A stretch of DNA of 64,000 nt from Candidatus Acetatifactor stercoripullorum (GCA_019114005.1 DXGH01000010.1:6723-70722); one strand, 5' to 3'. Positions 10,636 through 21,342 are shown, counted from the stretch's first letter. Made by a program: numbers and translations. The notes: a model not told the origin generated them from the letters alone.

Positions 10636-10920
10636 TTATCTCACTTTGGACTTCTTCTCGTCTTTGCCATGCCCGCGGTAGGTTCTGGTAGCAACAAACT
10701 CACCCAGCTTATGGCCCACCATATCCTCCGTTACATATACAGGAACGTGCTTTCTGCCATCGTGCACTGCAAATGTATGTCCCACGAAGGAAGGGAAAAT
10801 CGTAGAACGGCGAGACCAGGTCTTGATAACCTGCTTCTGTCCTGCCGCATTCAAAGCGTCCACTTTCTTTAACAGACTTGCATCTGCGAAAGGTCCTTTT
10901 TTCAGTGATCTTCTAGCCAT
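10636..10920 (-). CDS. rpsS: 30S ribosomal protein S19
   Basis: [24 protein letters not shown]. Confidence 0.99.
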   Translation of the reverse strand: MARRSLKKGPFADASLLKKVDALNAAGQKQVIKTWSRRSTIFPSFVGHTFAVHDGRKHVPVYVTEDMVGHKLGEFVATRTYRGHGKDEKKSKVR

Positions 10921-10938
10921 TGTCTTTCCTCCTGTTTA

Positions 10939-11781
10939 TTATTTGATTGCTTTGCCGTCGCGTCTTCTTACAATCAGCTTATTGGAAGCTTTCTTCTTTT
11001 TACGTGTCTTATAACCAAGCGCAGGCTTGCCCCAGGGAGTGCTCGGGCCGGGACGGCCGATACCGGTCTTGCCCTCGCCACCGCCGTGAGGATGGTCGTT
11101 GGGGTTCATAACAGAACCGCGCACCGTAGGACGGATGCCCATATGGCGCTTACGTCCCGCCTTACCGATATTAACAAGGTTATGATCCACGTTTCCAACA
11201 ACGCCTACTGTCGCACGGCACACAAGAGGAATCATTCTCATTTCTCCCGAAGGAAGACGAAGGGTTGCGTACTTTCCTTCCTTCGCCATGAGCTGTGCAC
11301 TGTTTCCAGCGGAACGAACAAGCTGTCCGCCCTTGCCGGGATATAATTCAATGTTGTGTACCTGAGTACCAACAGGAATATCAGCTAAAGGCAGGCAGTT
11401 TCCCACCCTCACTTCCGCCTGGGGGCCGTTCATAACCTTCATTCCATCAGTCAGTCCCTGAGGTGCAAGGATGTATGATTTCTGGCCATCCGCATAGCAG
11501 ATCAGCGCGATATTTGCCGTTCTGTTGGGATCATATTCGATACCGATTACAGTTGCAGGAATCCCGTCTTTATTTCTCTTAAAGTCGATGATTCTATATT
11601 TTCTTCTGGAACCGCCTCCGCGGTGCCTTACGGTAATTTTACCCTGATTGTTGCGGCCGGAATTCTTTTTCAGGGAAACACAAAGAGCTTTCTCAGGGGT
11701 TTTCTTTGTGATTTCCGAAAAGTCAGAACCGGACATATGCCTTCTGGAAGGTGTATATGGGTTGTATGTCTTAATTCCCAT
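10939..11781 (-). CDS. rplB: 50S ribosomal protein L2
   Basis: [20 protein letters not shown]. Confidence 0.99.
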   Translation of the reverse strand: MGIKTYNPYTPSRRHMSGSDFSEITKKTPEKALCVSLKKNSGRNNQGKITVRHRGGGSRRKYRIIDFKRNKDGIPATVIGIEYDPNRTANIALICYADGQKSYILAPQGLTDGMKVMNGPQAEVRVGNCLPLADIPVGTQVHNIELYPGKGGQLVRSAGNSAQLMAKEGKYATLRLPSGEMRMIPLVCRATVGVVGNVDHNLVNIGKAGRKRHMGIRPTVRGSVMNPNDHPHGGGEGKTGIGRPGPSTPWGKPALGYKTRKKKKASNKLIVRRRDGKAIK

Positions 11782-11864
11782 TTTTGTATCTCCTTTTTTC
11801 TTAGATTTTTTGCGCGGTGATTTTCAAACCGCATACCTGAATCCCAGGAAAAGCTTTTGCTTCT

Positions 11865-12164
11865 TTACAGACCGGCAAAGATTTCAATATCCTTGCTGTC
11901 CTCGGTCAGCCAGACCATCGCTTTCTTGGTCTTTGCTGTTTTTCCCACAACAGCTCCCCTTCTCTTTTTCTTTCCATCCATATTGATGGTGTTAACCTTC
12001 TTCACCTTAACGCCGTCAAACATCTTCTGCACGGCTTCCTTGATCTGAATCTTGTTTGCTTCCGGATGAACCAGGAAGGTATATTTCTTTTCGCTCATGC
12101 CGGCCATGCTCTTCTCTGTGATAACCGGTTTGAGGATTACGTCATAGTATTTAATATCTGCCAT
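11865..12164 (-). CDS. rplW: 50S ribosomal protein L23
   Basis: [24 protein letters not shown]. Confidence 0.98.
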   Translation of the reverse strand: MADIKYYDVILKPVITEKSMAGMSEKKYTFLVHPEANKIQIKEAVQKMFDGVKVKKVNTINMDGKKKRRGAVVGKTAKTKKAMVWLTEDSKDIEIFAGL

Positions 12165-12784
12165 TACGCGTACACCTCCTCAATCTTCGCAACAGCATCC
12201 TTGGTAAGGACAACCGTCTTTGCTTTCATGATATCATACACATTGATGGTGCTTGCCAGAGTGGTGTCAATATCGGGCAGGTTTCTTGCGGACATAACTA
12301 TATTTTCGTCATTCTCAGCAATCACCACCAGGCCCTTTTGCACCTTCAGGTTATTCATTACATTCACAAAATTCTTCGTCTTGACAGTGTCAAGCTTCAG
12401 CTCATCCAGAACAATCAGGCTGCTTCCCTGAACCTTGCTTGTGAGTGCAGACTTTAACGCTGCTCTCTTCTCTTTCTTATTCAGCTTGAAAGAATAATCC
12501 CTGGGAACGGGAGCAAACACAACTCCGCCGCCGGTCCACTGAGGAGATCTGGTGGATCCCTGTCTTGCGTGGCCGGTTCCCTTCTGTCTCCAGGGCTTTC
12601 TTCCGCCGCCGGATACCTCGGAACGGGTCTTTGCCTTCTGCGTTCCCTGACGCTTATTTGCAAGCTGCTGCACAACCGCCATGTGTACCAGGTGCTCATT
12701 GATCTTCGCGCCAAATACCGCATCGCTTAATTCTATTGTGCCAACTTCCTTGCCTTCCATATTATAAACAGATACGTTTGCCAT
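12164..12784 (-). CDS. rplD: 50S ribosomal protein L4
   Basis: [16 protein letters not shown]. Confidence 0.99.
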   Translation of the reverse strand: MANVSVYNMEGKEVGTIELSDAVFGAKINEHLVHMAVVQQLANKRQGTQKAKTRSEVSGGGRKPWRQKGTGHARQGSTRSPQWTGGGVVFAPVPRDYSFKLNKKEKRAALKSALTSKVQGSSLIVLDELKLDTVKTKNFVNVMNNLKVQKGLVVIAENDENIVMSARNLPDIDTTLASTINVYDIMKAKTVVLTKDAVAKIEEVYA

Positions 12785-12818
12785 CTGAATGGTCCTCCTT
12801 TCCTGCGTATACCCTCAA

Positions 12819-13502
12819 TTATGCTTCCACCTTAACGGTTTCCTTGATGGTTACCAGGCCCTTCTTGGGTCCGGGCACGGAACCCTTTACCAAAAGCAGA
12901 TTCTTTTCTGCATCTACTCTGATTACCTCAAGATTCTGAACAGTTACCTTTACACAACCCATGTGTCCGGGCATTCCTTTTCCCTTGAACACGCGGCTGG
13001 GTGAGGAGCACGCACCGTTGGAACCCTGATGGCGGTGGAATTTGGAACCGTGAGCCATAGGTCCTCTGTGCTGTCCGTGTCTCTTGATAGCGCCCTGGAA
13101 GCCCTTGCCCTTGGAAATTGCGGAAGCGTCGATCTTGTCGCCTGCTTCGAAAATGTCTGCCTTGATCTCTCCGCCCAGAGCATACTCCTGCGCATTCTCA
13201 AACTTAAATTCTCTCACATATCTCTTGGAGCTTACGCCAGCCTTCTTGAAATGTCCCTGCTCGGCCTTGTTGGCGCCATGTCTGTGGATAATTTCTTTTC
13301 TGCCGCCCGCATCCTTGTTGATGATTTTGTCCTTCTTGTCAACGAAGCCCACCTGCACTGCGCTGTAGCCGTCGTTCTCCACGGTCTTGATCTGTGTCAC
13401 CACACAGGGGCCAGCCTGAAGCACGGTTACAGGAACCAGTACGCCATCCTCGCTGAAGATCTGCGTCATTCCGACTTTTGTTGCTAAAATTGCTTTCTTC
13501 AT
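12819..13502 (-). CDS. rplC: 50S ribosomal protein L3 (227 aa, internal insertion)
   Basis: [24 protein letters not shown]. Confidence 0.99.
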   Translation of the reverse strand: MKKAILATKVGMTQIFSEDGVLVPVTVLQAGPCVVTQIKTVENDGYSAVQVGFVDKKDKIINKDAGGRKEIIHRHGANKAEQGHFKKAGVSSKRYVREFKFENAQEYALGGEIKADIFEAGDKIDASAISKGKGFQGAIKRHGQHRGPMAHGSKFHRHQGSNGACSSPSRVFKGKGMPGHMGCVKVTVQNLEVIRVDAEKNLLLVKGSVPGPKKGLVTIKETVKVEA

Positions 13503-13611
13503 TTTTACCTCTCATTCTGCCGCAAAGCGGCTTTCCAACCTGTTGTTCTACATAGCGGACCACCTAAAACCCTTAAGTTTTACATGTTCTTACGTCTAGG
13601 TAGAGGTTTGA

Positions 13612-13929
13612 TTACTTGTTCTTCATTTTTATATCAATGTAAACACCGGCAGGCATTTCCAGTCTCTGCAAAGCATCAACTGTTTTCTGGGTCGGCGCAA
13701 TGATATCGATGAGTCTCTTATGCGTCCTCTGCTGGAACTGCTCTCTGGAATCCTTGTACTTGTGTACCGCTCTCAAAATGGTCACCACTTCCTTCTTGGT
13801 GGGAAGGGGAACCGGTCCGCTCACCTGAGAACCGTTCTTCTTTACTGTTTCAATGATTTTTCTGGCAGACGCATCAACCAGCTGATGCTCATAAGCCTTC
13901 AGTGTAATCCTCATTACTTGACTTGCCAT
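13612..13929 (-). CDS. rpsJ: 30S ribosomal protein S10
   Basis: [31 protein letters not shown]; start MASQV. Confidence 0.99.
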   Translation of the reverse strand: MASQVMRITLKAYEHQLVDASARKIIETVKKNGSQVSGPVPLPTKKEVVTILRAVHKYKDSREQFQQRTHKRLIDIIAPTQKTVDALQRLEMPAGVYIDIKMKNK

Positions 13930-14205
13930 AAAAAAAGTCGCCTCCTTTTCGCACTTTTGCAAGCGATTCAATCGCTTTGGTACGACAAGCGGTGACTGTA
14001 CACTCTCCCGTGTGTGTCCCAAGCCCTTACGCAACGCTTTCTTCTTCCAGGCCCGGACGCTACACGCCCTTTCTGCTCCTGCAGACTATCTTCATGGTAC
14101 AGTGACTTGTCGTCAGTTTTCTAACTTGACATTCGCTCCACGGAAAACCTCCCTGCCATTGCTGACAGACAGCAACCTCGCGCTTCACAGCTATCATGCC
14201 ACAGC
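13930..14205 (-). ncRNA. Long structured 5' leader of the S10 operon (probable r-leader)
   Basis: About 275 nt between promoter and rpsJ ATG, with hairpins such as UGUC-AA-GUUAG AAAA CUGAC-GACA and AAGCGAUU GA AUCGCUU. Confidence 0.6.
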
Positions 14206-14212
14206 ATTGATT

Positions 14213-14241
14213 AGTATACATGGAATTTCCTGGCTTGGCAA
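14213..14241 (-). promoter_or_regulatory. S10 operon sigma-A promoter
   Basis: TTGCCA (14241-14236) - 17 nt - TATACT (14218-14213), A-tract upstream. Confidence 0.8.
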
Positions 14242-14283
14242 TACTTTTTTTTAAAATATTGTATTTTTTTTCATACAAAGGCG

Positions 14284-14312
14284 TTGCTACCCTGTCCATC
14301 TTATTGTATAGT
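14284..14312 (+). promoter_or_regulatory. Divergent sigma-A promoter of the methyltransferase
   Basis: TTGCTA - 17 nt - TATAGT. Confidence 0.65.
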
Positions 14313-14371
14313 AAAAAAGGGCTTTCGGATATCATAAGAAACCTACTCTATATAAATAAGGAAAAGTGACT

Positions 14372-15265
14372 ATGTGGATTGCAGATCGTTGGAAGGATTA
14401 CGAAGTTTTAGACACCTCGGCAGGAGAAAAGCTGGAGCGCTGGGGAGATTATATTTTGGTGCGGCCAGACCCCCAGGTAATTTGGAGCACCCCTCGCCTC
14501 CATGCGGGCTGGAAGCAAAAAAACGGCCATTATCACAGAAGCAGCAAGGGAGGCGGGCAGTGGGAATTTTTCCATCTGCCTGACGAATGGAGCATCCGCT
14601 ATACGCTGAAGGAGCTGGCAAACCGGCCGTTAACCTTTCGCTTAAAGCCCTTCAGCTTCAAGCACACCGGGCTTTTTCCCGAGCAGGCTGCAAACTGGGA
14701 ATGGTTCAGCAGACTGATCAAGCAGGAGAACCGTCCTAAAGACAGGCCTGTGAAGGTATTAAACCTTTTCGCCTACACCGGCGGCGCCACCCTGGCTGCC
14801 GCTGCCGCAGGAGCAGCCGTCACCCATGTGGACGCATCCAAGGGCATGGTGTCCTGGGCCAGGGAAAACGCCCTCTCCTCCGGACTGGGAGAAGCTCCCA
14901 TCCGCTGGCTGGTGGACGACTGCACAAAGTTTGTAGAACGGGAAATCAGAAGAGGCAGCAAGTATGACGGAATTATCATGGACCCTCCCTCTTACGGAAG
15001 GGGACCCAAGGGAGAAATCTGGAAAATCGAAGACAGCATCTGGCCTTTCTTAAACCTGACCGCAAAGCTGCTTTCCGAGGACGCCCTTTTTCTATTGATC
15101 AACTCCTACACCACAGGGCTTCAGCCCGCTGTGCTCTCTTATATGATAGGCGCCGTCCTGGAAAAGCAGCGGGGCGGCCGCACCCAGGCACAGGAGATCG
15201 GACTGCCGGTAACGGAGAGCGGCCTGTTCCTCCCCTGCGGCGCATCAGGGCGGTGGGAAAAGTAA
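14372..15265 (+). CDS. Class I SAM-dependent methyltransferase (RlmI/RlmK-like family)
   Basis: VLNLFAYTGG, VDASK, IMDPPSY motifs. Confidence 0.85.
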   Translation: MWIADRWKDYEVLDTSAGEKLERWGDYILVRPDPQVIWSTPRLHAGWKQKNGHYHRSSKGGGQWEFFHLPDEWSIRYTLKELANRPLTFRLKPFSFKHTGLFPEQAANWEWFSRLIKQENRPKDRPVKVLNLFAYTGGATLAAAAAGAAVTHVDASKGMVSWARENALSSGLGEAPIRWLVDDCTKFVEREIRRGSKYDGIIMDPPSYGRGPKGEIWKIEDSIWPFLNLTAKLLSEDALFLLINSYTTGLQPAVLSYMIGAVLEKQRGGRTQAQEIGLPVTESGLFLPCGASGRWEK

Positions 15266-15302
15266 TCTCCAAAAAAGGACTTGTTTTCCTCAAATCGCAT
15301 AT

Positions 15303-16433
15303 TTAAAGCACGTACTTTCGCAGAACCGGGATTTTCCGAAGCACAAAGGCTCCCAAAAATGCCGGAACCAAGACCGCCAGAAAGAAAAGCGGCAGCGACA
15401 GGAAAATGCGGGGAATCCAGCCAAAGACCAAGGCTTCTTTGGGGAAATTAAGCGGAGTCAGTCCAAGAAATTTATAATATAGATTCACAAACACCGGATG
15501 AATCAAATATACTCCAAAGCACAGGGCACCGGCGCTTTGCCAGCAAGCCCTGTGTTTTTCTTTCTCTTTTCCTTCTCTCTCCCGGAATATCCACATAAGC
15601 AGCAGAGACAACAGTACGGTAAAGGGATAATTATAGGCCATCTGTACCGTGTCATCCCAGACGATCCTGCTGGCCGCCATTCCCGCCGCCAAAAGCACAC
15701 AGGCAAAGACCGCGTCCCAAAAGACAAGCTCTCTCGTTTTCCGGGATGCTCCTTTTCCTGCCCCTTCTCTCTTGTTTTCTTTCCCCGGATATTTTGCAAA
15801 CAAATACCCGCACAAGTAATAAAAAAGATAAATGCCGCCGTCCGGAAGCGTAAAAAGCTCATCCAGTGAGAAAAGCTTTTTCACAAAGGGAAGAATGCTG
15901 CTGCCTGCAAGCAGCACTCCCAAAATAACGTACAAAGCCGAATCTGGCATTTTTTTCAGCAGAAGCTTTAATGCCGGTGTGATCAGATACAGGAACAAGA
16001 TCAAATACAAATACCACATGTGGGACCAGGACCTTCCCTGGAGCACCAAAAGCACTGCTTCTCCCGCCATGGTCGGCCGAAAAGTCCCCTCTGCCATGAT
16101 CTGCTCCAGACAGGCATAGGGAATTCCAAATAAAAACAGGGCCAAAAGGATTCTTTTACAGTATTTCGTAAGCATCTGCAAAAAAGTAATCCTGCGTCCC
16201 GGATGCAGAAAGAGATAGCCTGAAATCAGCAAAAAAACCGGCACACACCAGGTAATCCAGTCTAAAGCGATGAGAAACACCTTTTTTTCCAGGGGATACG
16301 GGGTCATATCCACAGTATCCATGATTCCGGTCACCGTGTGCAGAAGCACCACTGCACAGGTAGCCGCCACCCGCAGTATATCTAAAAAGCATTGTCTGTC
16401 ATCTGTTTTATGATTTATTATCATTTTACGCAT
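15303..16433 (-). CDS. Acyltransferase family 3 membrane protein (OafA-like)
   Basis: LDILRVAA...VVLLH, VPVFLLISGY, HMWYL; multi-TM. Confidence 0.88.
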   Translation of the reverse strand: MRKMIINHKTDDRQCFLDILRVAATCAVVLLHTVTGIMDTVDMTPYPLEKKVFLIALDWITWCVPVFLLISGYLFLHPGRRITFLQMLTKYCKRILLALFLFGIPYACLEQIMAEGTFRPTMAGEAVLLVLQGRSWSHMWYLYLILFLYLITPALKLLLKKMPDSALYVILGVLLAGSSILPFVKKLFSLDELFTLPDGGIYLFYYLCGYLFAKYPGKENKREGAGKGASRKTRELVFWDAVFACVLLAAGMAASRIVWDDTVQMAYNYPFTVLLSLLLMWIFREREGKEKEKHRACWQSAGALCFGVYLIHPVFVNLYYKFLGLTPLNFPKEALVFGWIPRIFLSLPLFFLAVLVPAFLGAFVLRKIPVLRKYVL

Positions 16434-16610
16434 TCCTTTTTTTGCTTTTTACCCTTATCATATCCGACTTTCCAGGACAGCGCAAGCACAATCAGCCCTG
16501 CCGGATACCTCCTTCCCCGGTTTTTAACAGCTTTTTTGCGCCCCCAGGTTGCTTCCTTTCCACAAAACAGTTATACTGTGGATAATAAATGCTTCGGAAT
16601 GGAGAATTTT

Positions 16611-17699
16611 ATGAACAAGAAACTGCGCAGGCTTCCCTTATGGAAGCAGCATCTTTTCAGCATCGTTTTTTCCCTGTTCTGCATGGGAGCTGCAACCGGA
16701 GTGTCCGCACTGTATTTTCACCTGGTTCCCGACAACAGCGCAAATATTGTGCTTGTCTTTATTCTGGCTCTCATGCTGGTATCTCGCTACTGTGTGGGGT
16801 ATCTTTACGGCATTGTCTGCTCGGTGGTGGCTGTAATCTGCATCAATTACATGTTCACATACCCCTACTTTAAGCTGAATTTTACCCTGACGGGCTACCC
16901 CATCACCTTTATCGGCATGCTGGCGGTCACCCTCTTTACCAGCACCATGACCTCCCATCTTGCTATCCAGGCGGATGTAATTGCCGAGCGGGAAAAGCAG
17001 CTGGCCGAGGCCGAGATGGAAAAAATGCGGGCCAATCTTCTGCGGGCCATATCCCACGATCTGCGCACCCCCTTAACCGGCATGATCGGAAACAGCTCCG
17101 TTTTTCTGGAAAATCAGGCAAGGCTCTCCGAGGAGGAAAAAAAGGAGATTGTCACAAACATTTACAACGATTCCAACTGGCTGTTAAATATGGTGGAAAA
17201 TCTTCTCACCGTCACCCGTATCCGGGGAGACAGCCTGACCATCAATACCAGCAGCGAGCCCGTGGAGGAGGTTTTGTCCGAAGCCTTACAGAAGCTTCAC
17301 AAGCGTTATCCCAATGCACAGATCAAGGTGCGCGTACCGGATGCCTTCATTCTGCTTCCCATGGACGCCATTTTGATCGAGCAGGTCACCATCAATCTTT
17401 TGGAAAACGCCATTGTCCACTCCGACAGTCTGGCGCCCATTGAGCTTTTGGTGGAGGAGCATCCCCACAGCGTATCCTTTACCATACGGGACTACGGCGT
17501 GGGCATTCCTGAAGATATGCTGGACCATCTCTTTGACGGCACTCCCCATACCCCCTCCCATACCTCCGATGCCCACAAGGGTATGGGAATCGGACTGTCC
17601 ATCTGCAAAACCATCATTACCGCCCACCACGGAACCCTCACCGCCAGAAACCATTCCCGGGGCGCGGAATTTATTTTCACCCTTCCTAAAAAACATTGA
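16611..17699 (+). CDS. KdpD-like sensor histidine kinase (DUF4118 membrane domain + HisKA + HATPase), lacking the N-terminal KdpD/Usp domains
   Basis: ISHDLRTPL H-box, NLLENA, DYGVGI, GMGIGLSIC; start set at MNKKLRR after GGAG. Confidence 0.85.
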   Translation: MNKKLRRLPLWKQHLFSIVFSLFCMGAATGVSALYFHLVPDNSANIVLVFILALMLVSRYCVGYLYGIVCSVVAVICINYMFTYPYFKLNFTLTGYPITFIGMLAVTLFTSTMTSHLAIQADVIAEREKQLAEAEMEKMRANLLRAISHDLRTPLTGMIGNSSVFLENQARLSEEEKKEIVTNIYNDSNWLLNMVENLLTVTRIRGDSLTINTSSEPVEEVLSEALQKLHKRYPNAQIKVRVPDAFILLPMDAILIEQVTINLLENAIVHSDSLAPIELLVEEHPHSVSFTIRDYGVGIPEDMLDHLFDGTPHTPSHTSDAHKGMGIGLSICKTIITAHHGTLTARNHSRGAEFIFTLPKKH

Positions 17700-17729
17700 A
17701 AGGCCGCCCAAAGGGCGTGTAATAGAACC

Positions 17730-18428
17730 ATGAACACCAAAATAAACATTCTGCTCATTGAAGACGACAAGAGCATCAGCGGTTTCATCACCACCTCACT
17801 GGAGAGAAACGGCTACCGTGTTACCAGCGCTTTAAACGGAAAAGAGGGCTTAAGCCTGGCTGCCTCCCTCTGTCCCGATGTGATCCTTTTGGATCTGGGG
17901 CTGCCGGACATAGACGGCTGCGAGATTCTAAAGCAGATCCGTTCCTGGAACAGCAACATACCTATTATTATCCTCTCCGCCAGAACCAAGGAGCAGGACA
18001 AGGTAAGCGCACTGGACCTGGGAGCGGACGATTATCTCACAAAGCCCTTTGGCACAGCAGAGCTTATGGCCCGCATCCGTACCTCCATGCGCCACCGTCA
18101 TCCTGCATCCCCCGACAGGGTTTACCGGGCCCTGGATTTGGAAATTAATTTTGAAAAACGTCTGATCCGCCTTGAGGGAAAGGAGGTTCATCTGACGCAG
18201 ATTGAATATCAGCTGCTGACTCTGCTTGCAGAAAATTCAGGACGGGTGCTCACCTACAGCTACCTCATGAACGCCATATGGGGTCCCTACATGGACAGCA
18301 ACAACCAGATTCTCCGGGTAAACATGGCCAATATCCGCCGGAAAATAGAAAAAAATCCGGCGCAGCCCCAGTATGTCTTTACAGAGATCGGCATCGGCTA
18401 CCGGATGCTGGAAAACGAAAATACTTAA
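17730..18428 (+). CDS. KdpE-like OmpR-family response regulator
   Basis: LLDLGLPDIDG, GADDYLTKPF, LRVNMANIRRKIE.NPAQP. Confidence 0.9.
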   Translation: MNTKINILLIEDDKSISGFITTSLERNGYRVTSALNGKEGLSLAASLCPDVILLDLGLPDIDGCEILKQIRSWNSNIPIIILSARTKEQDKVSALDLGADDYLTKPFGTAELMARIRTSMRHRHPASPDRVYRALDLEINFEKRLIRLEGKEVHLTQIEYQLLTLLAENSGRVLTYSYLMNAIWGPYMDSNNQILRVNMANIRRKIEKNPAQPQYVFTEIGIGYRMLENENT

Positions 18429-18461
18429 TAAGACAAGCCGCCGTGTTTCTTTGGCCGCTCT

Positions 18462-19841
18462 TCAGCGCCTTTCTGTTTCCTGCCGCAGTCTTTTCAGGCT
18501 GCGGATCAGGAGCGGCACCTCAAACAAAAGCATCAGAATCCAGCCCGCCATATTTGCCCAGGCCAGGCTGACAAAGCCCAGGTGAAACACACGGATCATA
18601 AGAACCACCGCCCCCACTCTTCCCAGCATATTCATAAACGTACTGTAAAGCGTCACCTTCATATCTCCTATGCCCCTGAAAAATCCCTGTATACCATTGG
18701 TAATGCCCGGCAGCAGGTACATAAAGGCAATGAGCCGCAGATAATCCGTCCCAAGACGTACCACCTGTGCATCCCCATTCTCTGCAAACAGCTCCATAAT
18801 CCCCGACGCTCCCCAAAAAACCACTGCAAAAAGCAGCAGAGAATAGACAAGCTCAATCAAAAGCCCGCCCTGGAACCCTTTTTTAATCCTGTCGCTATGG
18901 CCCGCGCCCTTATTCTGGGCAATGAAGGTTGTCATAGCGTGGCCGATATTCTGCTGAGGAGTGTAAATAAAATCATCCACTCTGTTTACCGCCGTAAAGG
19001 CCGCAATCACACTGACACCCTGGGTGTTAATCACCGATTGGATGATCACCTTTCCGATCTGGAGGCACACCTGCTGCAGGGCGCTGGTGCTTCCATAGCT
19101 CACCGTCCTGCCAAGCAGAGATCTGTCAAACACAAGCCATTTCTTCCCCAGACACAAAAGAGGAATCCGCTTCTTGATATAAACAGCACAGAACAGACAG
19201 CTTAATGCCTCACTGGCCACTGTGGACACCGCGCTTCCAAAGACACCCATGCCAAATACCGCCACCAAAAGCAAATCTCCCGCCACGTTAAAGAACGCGC
19301 TGATCATGAGAAAATAAAGGGGGGTTTTGCTGTCTCCCAAGGCCCTCATGGTATTGGCAAGAAAGTTATAAATAAAGGTAAAAATCAATCCCAGAAAAAT
19401 AACCCGCAGATAAGAAACCGCCTCCCCCATCACATCCTCCGGCACCTGGATCAGCGCAAGCACCGGCCTTGCCAAAAACAGCATCAAAAGAGAAAACACT
19501 GCGGAAAATCCACAGCCCGCCAGCAGGGTAGTGCTGATCTGCCTTGACAGCGTCTCATAGTCTCCGGCGCCGTACCAGGCGCTCATCAGCACACTGGCGC
19601 CCATGCACATGCCGCTGATCAGCAAGATAGCTATATTCATGATGGGTGTAGAGGTACCCACCGCTGCAAGGGCGCTCTCGCCTACAAATTTTCCCACAAT
19701 TACGGAATCCGCAGCGTTATAGGTCAGCTGAAACAGATTTCCCAGAACTAACGGGATGGTAAAGGCAATCAGAGGAGAAATGATTTTCCCCTGAGTCATA
19801 TCACGCTTTTTCTTCTGTTTTCCTGTTTCCCGGCTTTCCAT
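18462..19841 (-). CDS. MATE family efflux transporter
   Basis: IPLVLGNLFQLTYNAAD, GDSKTPL, 12-TM pattern. Confidence 0.93.
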   Translation of the reverse strand: MESRETGKQKKKRDMTQGKIISPLIAFTIPLVLGNLFQLTYNAADSVIVGKFVGESALAAVGTSTPIMNIAILLISGMCMGASVLMSAWYGAGDYETLSRQISTTLLAGCGFSAVFSLLMLFLARPVLALIQVPEDVMGEAVSYLRVIFLGLIFTFIYNFLANTMRALGDSKTPLYFLMISAFFNVAGDLLLVAVFGMGVFGSAVSTVASEALSCLFCAVYIKKRIPLLCLGKKWLVFDRSLLGRTVSYGSTSALQQVCLQIGKVIIQSVINTQGVSVIAAFTAVNRVDDFIYTPQQNIGHAMTTFIAQNKGAGHSDRIKKGFQGGLLIELVYSLLLFAVVFWGASGIMELFAENGDAQVVRLGTDYLRLIAFMYLLPGITNGIQGFFRGIGDMKVTLYSTFMNMLGRVGAVVLMIRVFHLGFVSLAWANMAGWILMLLFEVPLLIRSLKRLRQETERR

Positions 19842-19867
19842 TTTCTTATCCTTCGTCTCTCACTCTT

Positions 19868-20785
19868 TTATGGACGGATGGAGGCAAACATCTTCCAAAT
19901 ACTTTCAGCGTCGCCTCTTCCGGTAAAGCTCACCAGCACGCCATCCTCCTCATAGTATACTGCAAAACTGCCTCTGGGGGTAGAGGTATCTCCTACATCC
20001 TCGTAAATTTTTATACAGGAGGAAATCAGCTCTTCGCTGAGATCACTGCTCTTAAACACAGGATTGTCAAAGGTTTCAGGATTTTCCACATCCACGAACA
20101 GCAGGTTCTCTGCATCCTGAAGAGACAGCCCCAGACTGATCTCATCCATTCCGTTGATCCACATGATAAAGAGCGTTTCCCCTGTTTCGTCGGAAGTAAT
20201 GTTCGCTCTGTCAAAAACATATCCCTCTGGAAGGATCGTTGGCACATAGGCCCCCAGCACCGCCGTCTGCCTGGCCTGTTCCTCCGAAAGCTCCTGGGCG
20301 GAAGAGCTTTTGCTGCTGTAATCTATCTGACTGTCCTGGACGGCTTCCGAATCTGCCTCTTCCTGCGCCGCCTCCCTTTCCACAGCCTCCTCAGTTATGC
20401 TGCCCTGCGCCATTGCGGCCTCTCCTTCCGGACTATCCTGCGCCATCGCGGTCTCCCCTTCCGGACTATCCTGTGCCATCGCAGACTGCTCGCCATTATC
20501 CTGGCCTCCTTGGGCGTCCGCAGCATCAAAAGCTGCCATTTCCTGAACAGACTGGCTGGACCGGGAGGATGCGCCGCCCGATAACAGCAGTCTGCGTCCT
20601 GTAAACGCCCCGGCCCCCAGTACTACAAAGCACAGTGCCGCCGCTAAAATTTTACTTCCCCTTGCAAAAGAGAAAACAGCCGTCCCCTTTTTATTTTCTG
20701 CTTCACTGCGCTCCAAAAGCTCCTGATCCACCCCGGACAATGCTTCAAAAATCCGTATTGCGCCTTGTCTCTTTTCCTCGCTCAT
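19868..20785 (-). CDS. Putative anti-sigma factor (short cytoplasmic N-terminus, one TM, acidic linker, extracytoplasmic domain)
   Basis: ATG overlaps the sigma TGA (ATGA 20785-20782); TM ILAAALCFVVLGAGAF; the ORF-track upstream extension overlaps the sigma gene. Confidence 0.65.
   Translation of the reverse strand: MSEEKRQGAIRIFEALSGVDQELLERSEAENKKGTAVFSFARGSKILAAALCFVVLGAGAFTGRRLLLSGGASSRSSQSVQEMAAFDAADAQGGQDNGEQSAMAQDSPEGETAMAQDSPEGEAAMAQGSITEEAVEREAAQEEADSEAVQDSQIDYSSKSSSAQELSEEQARQTAVLGAYVPTILPEGYVFDRANITSDETGETLFIMWINGMDEISLGLSLQDAENLLFVDVENPETFDNPVFKSSDLSEELISSCIKIYEDVGDTSTPRGSFAVYYEEDGVLVSFTGRGDAESIWKMFASIRP
20404..20482. repeat. 33-bp tandem repeat (about 2.4 copies) encoding MAQDSPEGE(T/A)A
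   Basis: Units at 20404-20436, 20437-20469 and partial 20470-20482. Confidence 0.9.
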
Positions 20786-21342
20786 ACCCGAATACCCTCC
20801 TGTTCCAAGTAAGCTTTCAGTTTTCTGCGCGTACGGAAAAGGGAGGTTTTTACTGTGTTCAGCTTCATGTGATACCTTTTGGCAATGGCGCTGTATTCCT
20901 CCACATACCAGTATCTGCGCAGAAAAATGCTGCATTCCCGTTCCGGCAGCGTGTGCAGAAATTGATTGATCAGCCCTTCAAGCTGCGCCGCCTCCACCGC
21001 CTCCTCCGTACCGGAGGGCGCGGGAACACATTCCGCCAATTCATCCAATGCTACCAACATCTGTCCATGACCTCTCTTTCCCGCATTTTTCCTTTTCCAT
21101 TTGTCAAAGGAAAGATTTCGCGTGATGGTGCCCAAAAATAATGCAAAGCGTTCCGGATATTTGGGCGGTATAGCGTTCCATGCCCGAAACCAGGTGTCGT
21201 TTACGCATTCATCCGAGTCCTCCCTGTCGTTCAAAATACGGTAGGCGATGCTGTAGCAGTATTTTCCATAAACGGCCTGTGTCTCGACGATGGCTCTTTC
21301 GTCTCTCGCCCAGTACAGATCGATAATTTCCGTATCCTTCAA
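20782..21342 (-). CDS. ECF subfamily RNA polymerase sigma factor
   Basis: DSDECVNDTW.RAW region 2; IFLRRYWY...VKTSLFRTRRKL region 4; TTG start. Confidence 0.93.
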   Translation of the reverse strand: MKDTEIIDLYWARDERAIVETQAVYGKYCYSIAYRILNDREDSDECVNDTWFRAWNAIPPKYPERFALFLGTITRNLSFDKWKRKNAGKRGHGQMLVALDELAECVPAPSGTEEAVEAAQLEGLINQFLHTLPERECSIFLRRYWYVEEYSAIAKRYHMKLNTVKTSLFRTRRKLKAYLEQEGIRV

